Assembly: GCA_973895155.1 (NCBI GenBank)
Contig: OZ316894.1
Span: 5,046,944-5,110,943 of the forward strand
Direction of reading: 5' to 3'
Length of the DNA stretch: 64,000 bases
Source: Marsupella aquatica
Lineage: Eukaryota > Plantae > Marchantiophyta
Notes under the pieces: generated by a model
Seen by the model: the letters and a program-made list of their open reading frames with translations, nothing else
Databases searched by the model: none
Told to the model about the DNA's origin: nothing
In this document: piece by piece, positions 62,101-64,000 of the stretch
Numbering within the stretch: the first letter of the stretch is position 1
Layout: every line of letters starts with the position of its first letter
Program-made: the position numbers and the translations under genes

Positions 62101-64000
62101 TCAAATTGAAGTCACAGGTAATTGGTGAGTAACAATCTTTGCATCCGTGCACAAGCAATGTCACGCCAAAAACTATGCATCAAGAACTCAAGAAGATGGG
62201 TTGTCACCACTTAAGGAATCTATTCCCTCATACTTCTGAGATTCAACTTCATACAAGTAATTTTACTTCCATGATCTAAACTTTCAATCATTCAGACCAA
62301 GGAAGGGAGAAGAATTCCTTTGCATTTGCAAGCTCCATACCATACAAAGACACACGAAAGCTTTGCAAAGGTGATTCTAGTGTTGCAGCACATGCCACAG
62401 GCACTACTTTATTTCTTCACACTCGAGAATGACACAAATTCTACTTCACATAGGCTAGCAGGAACCCAAGGAGACTGAGATACTGAAAGGACGTGCCCTT
62501 TCATATCTAAAGGGACTTGAATAAACTTAATGACGGTCATCCTTGAAAAGTGAATGGACACTGCTGAAAGTGTCAAAAATGCAGGGAACGCTTCTCAAAG
62601 CGTCGAGGTTTGAGCGGACGCTTTGCAAAGCGTCGGTGTTTGCGGTAAAACTAATAAACAGTGATCTTAATCTAATTTTAACTTCTAAACTAAAAGTCGA
62701 AAGGTTGAAACTTTTCTAGGGTACTCTACTACATATAATCTCTATGCTGGCAAAGTTTCAGACTTTTCTGAGATCTCTAAGTGTCTCAAATAAATCGGTA
62801 AAAGTGGCGCGGTGTTATAAAAGTGCGAAAACTGAAAATATTTCTAAGTGTCGGAAACATAGTGGACGCTTCAGAAAGCGTCCAAAAATACAAGGGACTT
62901 TTGTGGACGCTTCAGAAAGCGTCGGCTGAATTTTGAGGTTTGGTCGAAGCGTCCGTCTTCTGGTCTTCGGGCGGGACGCTTCCGTGGGCGTCGCAGTCAA
63001 TGTTGCCTTCGGGGTAGCAGACGCTTCTGTGGGCGTCGCTCCTCATGTGGATTGCAGAGCGTCGAAGTACAACTGGTTGGGTGGCGGACGCTTCAGAAAA
63101 CGTCGTGGTCTTGGGTGGACGCTTCAGAAAGCGTCCAAAAATACAAGGGACGCTTCAGAAAGCGTCGGCGAAGTCGCGGCTATGCAAAAATAGCTAAACT
63201 AAAATAATTTTAACTTTCAAACCACATGTCGGTTTGAGATGAAACTTTCAGGAATGATTCTACTATGTAACTACTAACTCCTGAAAAAGTATGAGACTTT
63301 TCTGACCATGATAGCTATTTAATTAAAATAGCAAAGATCGGTTGATTGTGATAATTGCACACAGAGCTCATTCTTGCTGAAGAAGTGTTTTGGAGGCCAG
63401 TTCTTGAATCTTCTAGTCTGCATTGCTTATCCAATGATGTCCAGTCTTCTTTCTTGGTAGCATGTAAAGAGCAAGGATTTATATTGTTGATCCTTATCCA
63501 ATAGAGGCAATAGCCTCCGATGAAGCATAACGTTAGGTAAAGTGTTCAGTTGATCTAAATTACTACAAAAGGTAACTAAATTGCACCTTTGAGTTAGAAA
63601 AAGTTTAAAATTTATAAAATTCCCATCATTTCTAACTAATGTACAGCATTACAGACCTGATTGGCAGTCATGAGATGCTCGATTGAGCAAATTGCCAGTG
63701 AGATTTAGTGGACCTGTGGGAGGCCCTAAATCCACACCATTGTCTTTGGCAGCATTCAATGGTGTAATTGTTGGACCTAATGATTTGATTGAGGGTAATG
63801 CGCATGCAACAGATGTTCCACCATTGGAGGAGTCTCATGAGGAGCACATCATGCAAGGATTACCTGTTGGCAGTATTGTGCCACCAATGTGGGGCACTGC
63901 ACAGGCCTTGCCACAGGTAGTAGCACAATTGGTACATGATACATGGCGTCATGCTTTTACACCACAGTTAGGACCAGAGCAGTCTCTTGCAGATGGACCT
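59180..64000 (+). mobile_element. decayed LTR retrotransposon gag-protease region (Ty3/gypsy-like by appearance), interrupted at 61615-63653 and running off the window
   Basis: Gag-like LQEFQRKTGEST*EAYTRMRKL; zinc knuckles CWTCGGDHAQRYC and CDHCGAPGHTKDRY; aspartic protease ILDTGAQ..YDVLVG; in-frame stops. The frame resumes after the insertion (SYRP|DWQS). Confidence 0.85.
61615..63653. mobile_element. 2039-bp solo-LTR-like insertion with 5-bp TSD
   Basis: Termini TGTAGTATTGCAC...GTACAGCATTACA (imperfect inverted repeat, TG...CA); GACCT at 61610-61614 and 63654-63658; no coding capacity; multiple GACGCTTcagaAAGCGTC palindromes. Confidence 0.9.

Overview
Eukaryotic, intron-rich land-plant DNA; short GT-AG introns and TIR-type NLR motifs suggest a bryophyte-like genome (inference). 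Five apparently intact genes: a plastid-type NTF2/SnoaL-like protein (+), VPS45 (-), a PITAIRE kinase CDKC (+), an SLX9-like ribosome biogenesis protein (+) and a type-A DnaJ ending in CAQQ (+). This block lies between two paralogous NB-ARC-LRR genes facing each other: a decayed copy at 1-1.5 kb (+) and a nearly intact copy at 51.2-54.9 kb (-). The latter has one in-frame TAG, a VHE in place of MHD, and no visible N-terminal signalling domain. Intergenic DNA holds tandem arrays, MITEs, a LINE remnant, an AT-rich island with an intronless amino-acid-permease pseudogene, and a decayed gag-protease retroelement interrupted by a TSD-flanked solo LTR. No CRISPR, rRNA or confident tRNA was seen. No new system is demonstrated. 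The best leads are the atypical NLR, a structured segment in DnaJ intron 3, a miR408-complementary site in a possible antisense transcript, and the MITE-bracketed AAP copy. All coordinates were read by eye.
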